The notes under the pieces were generated by a model. The model saw only the letters and a program-made list of their open reading frames with translations. It searched no databases and had not been told where the DNA came from. The position numbers and the translations under genes are program-made. Positions 63,437-64,000 of a DNA stretch of 64,000 nt are shown here, piece by piece. This DNA comes from Cystobasidiomycetes sp. EMM_F5 (Eukaryota): assembly GCA_051047955.1 (NCBI GenBank), contig JBPGPT010000002.1:620001-684000 (forward strand), in the 5' to 3' direction. Position 1 is the stretch's first letter. Each line of letters begins with the position of its first letter.

Positions 63437-64000
63437 TCACACAGCACGGGAGGCTTGGCCGAAGACATGGTCGCTTTTGCTGCCTGTGAATATTACATTA
63501 GAACTGTTGCATGTGTTGTGGTACTGCTGCCAATTGCAGAATCGTGGGCTGTTGTAATGATCAGTGCATCCCCGCAGCTCCTTCAATATGTTTCCTCCCG
63601 CTATCCTGTGCCTGTACTTGGATAACATGTCCAACAGTGTGGCACTATCGTCGCCACCTTGCGGGAAAGCCTGATAAATGCTTCGCCAGAGTTTACTGTC
63701 GCCTGTCATCCCGGCTTTCAACATCTGGTTAATCCATTTTAGCGCTAATCTCGGCGAGCCGCTCGCGATGACGGAAAGTATGATCCCGAGGTCCGCGAGG
63801 GAAGGGGTCAAGCGTTGTCGTAGAAGAAGCTCGAGGACATCTGCTGCTCCTTGTGCGTCATGGTTTACAATGCATGCGCGTAGGACGGAAGTCATCTGGC
63901 ACGGATCCAGATCCGCTCGATTAGATCTCTCAGTCAGAAAGCTGTCGATGACAGAACGACTATCTGGGTCTACCGCTTTGCTGTTGGACTTGCTTCGCAT
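63437..64000 (-). CDS. 3' part of a PPR-like helical-repeat protein (continues beyond the window; end uncertain)
   Basis: TSVLRAC..AADVLELLLRQRLTP and ALKWINQMLKAGMTGD resemble PPR repeats. Confidence 0.55.
   Translation of the reverse strand: MRSKSNSKAVDPDSRSVIDSFLTERSNRADLDPCQMTSVLRACIVNHDAQGAADVLELLLRQRLTPSLADLGIILSVIASGSPRLALKWINQMLKAGMTGDSKLWRSIYQAFPQGGDDSATLLDMLSKYRHRIAGGNILKELRGCTDHYNSPRFCNWQQYHNTCNSSNVIFTGSKSDHVFGQASRAV

Noticed and set aside
63530..63575. DHYNSPRFC in ORF 63437..64000 resembling the orphan HYNxPxC motif
   Set aside because: The DNA reads CTGAT-cattacaa-CAG, a branch point plus acceptor, so it is probably intron read-through and coincidental.
1..64000. tRNA, rRNA, CRISPR arrays, transposases, LTRs
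   Set aside because: None recognised by eye. A tRNAscan-SE, Infernal or RepeatModeler run is needed to exclude small or divergent elements.

Overview
Eukaryotic, gene-dense, intron-rich fungal DNA. It is a basidiomycete, probably a Pucciniomycotina-type yeast; this is inferred from short GT-AG introns with CTRAY branch sites, a DUF6533-like gene and CAP10/GT90 genes. About 35 protein-coding genes were reconstructed by hand-splicing. They include an F-box protein, Bub1/Mad3 kinase, Rap/Rsr1 GTPase, ZNF830-like, Gep4, a TFIIIC triple-barrel subunit, Fyv4/mS41, a cytochrome P450, Pml1/SNIP1, Sdh7, Jjj1, NEDD8, LARP7-like, glyoxalase I, an amino-acid permease, two tandem GT90 genes, NDUFS5, Swd2, a MoxR-like pseudo-ATPase, a SIM+RING STUbL-like protein, a Pfa3-like DHHC, Aos1, and several orphan or secreted proteins. 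No tRNA, rRNA, CRISPR array or transposon was recognised. The most striking observation is in the Rap/Rsr1 gene, which appears to need two consecutive ONE-nucleotide exons (10445, 10390) to build the conserved Phe of DTAGTEQF. Also notable are a ~1.67-kb tandem duplication (two diverged HYNxPxCxC orphans plus a decayed PFA3 5' copy), GC-AG and AAG splice sites, and head-to-tail gene gaps under 100 bp. Gene boundaries are manual and some are approximate; no database searches were run.
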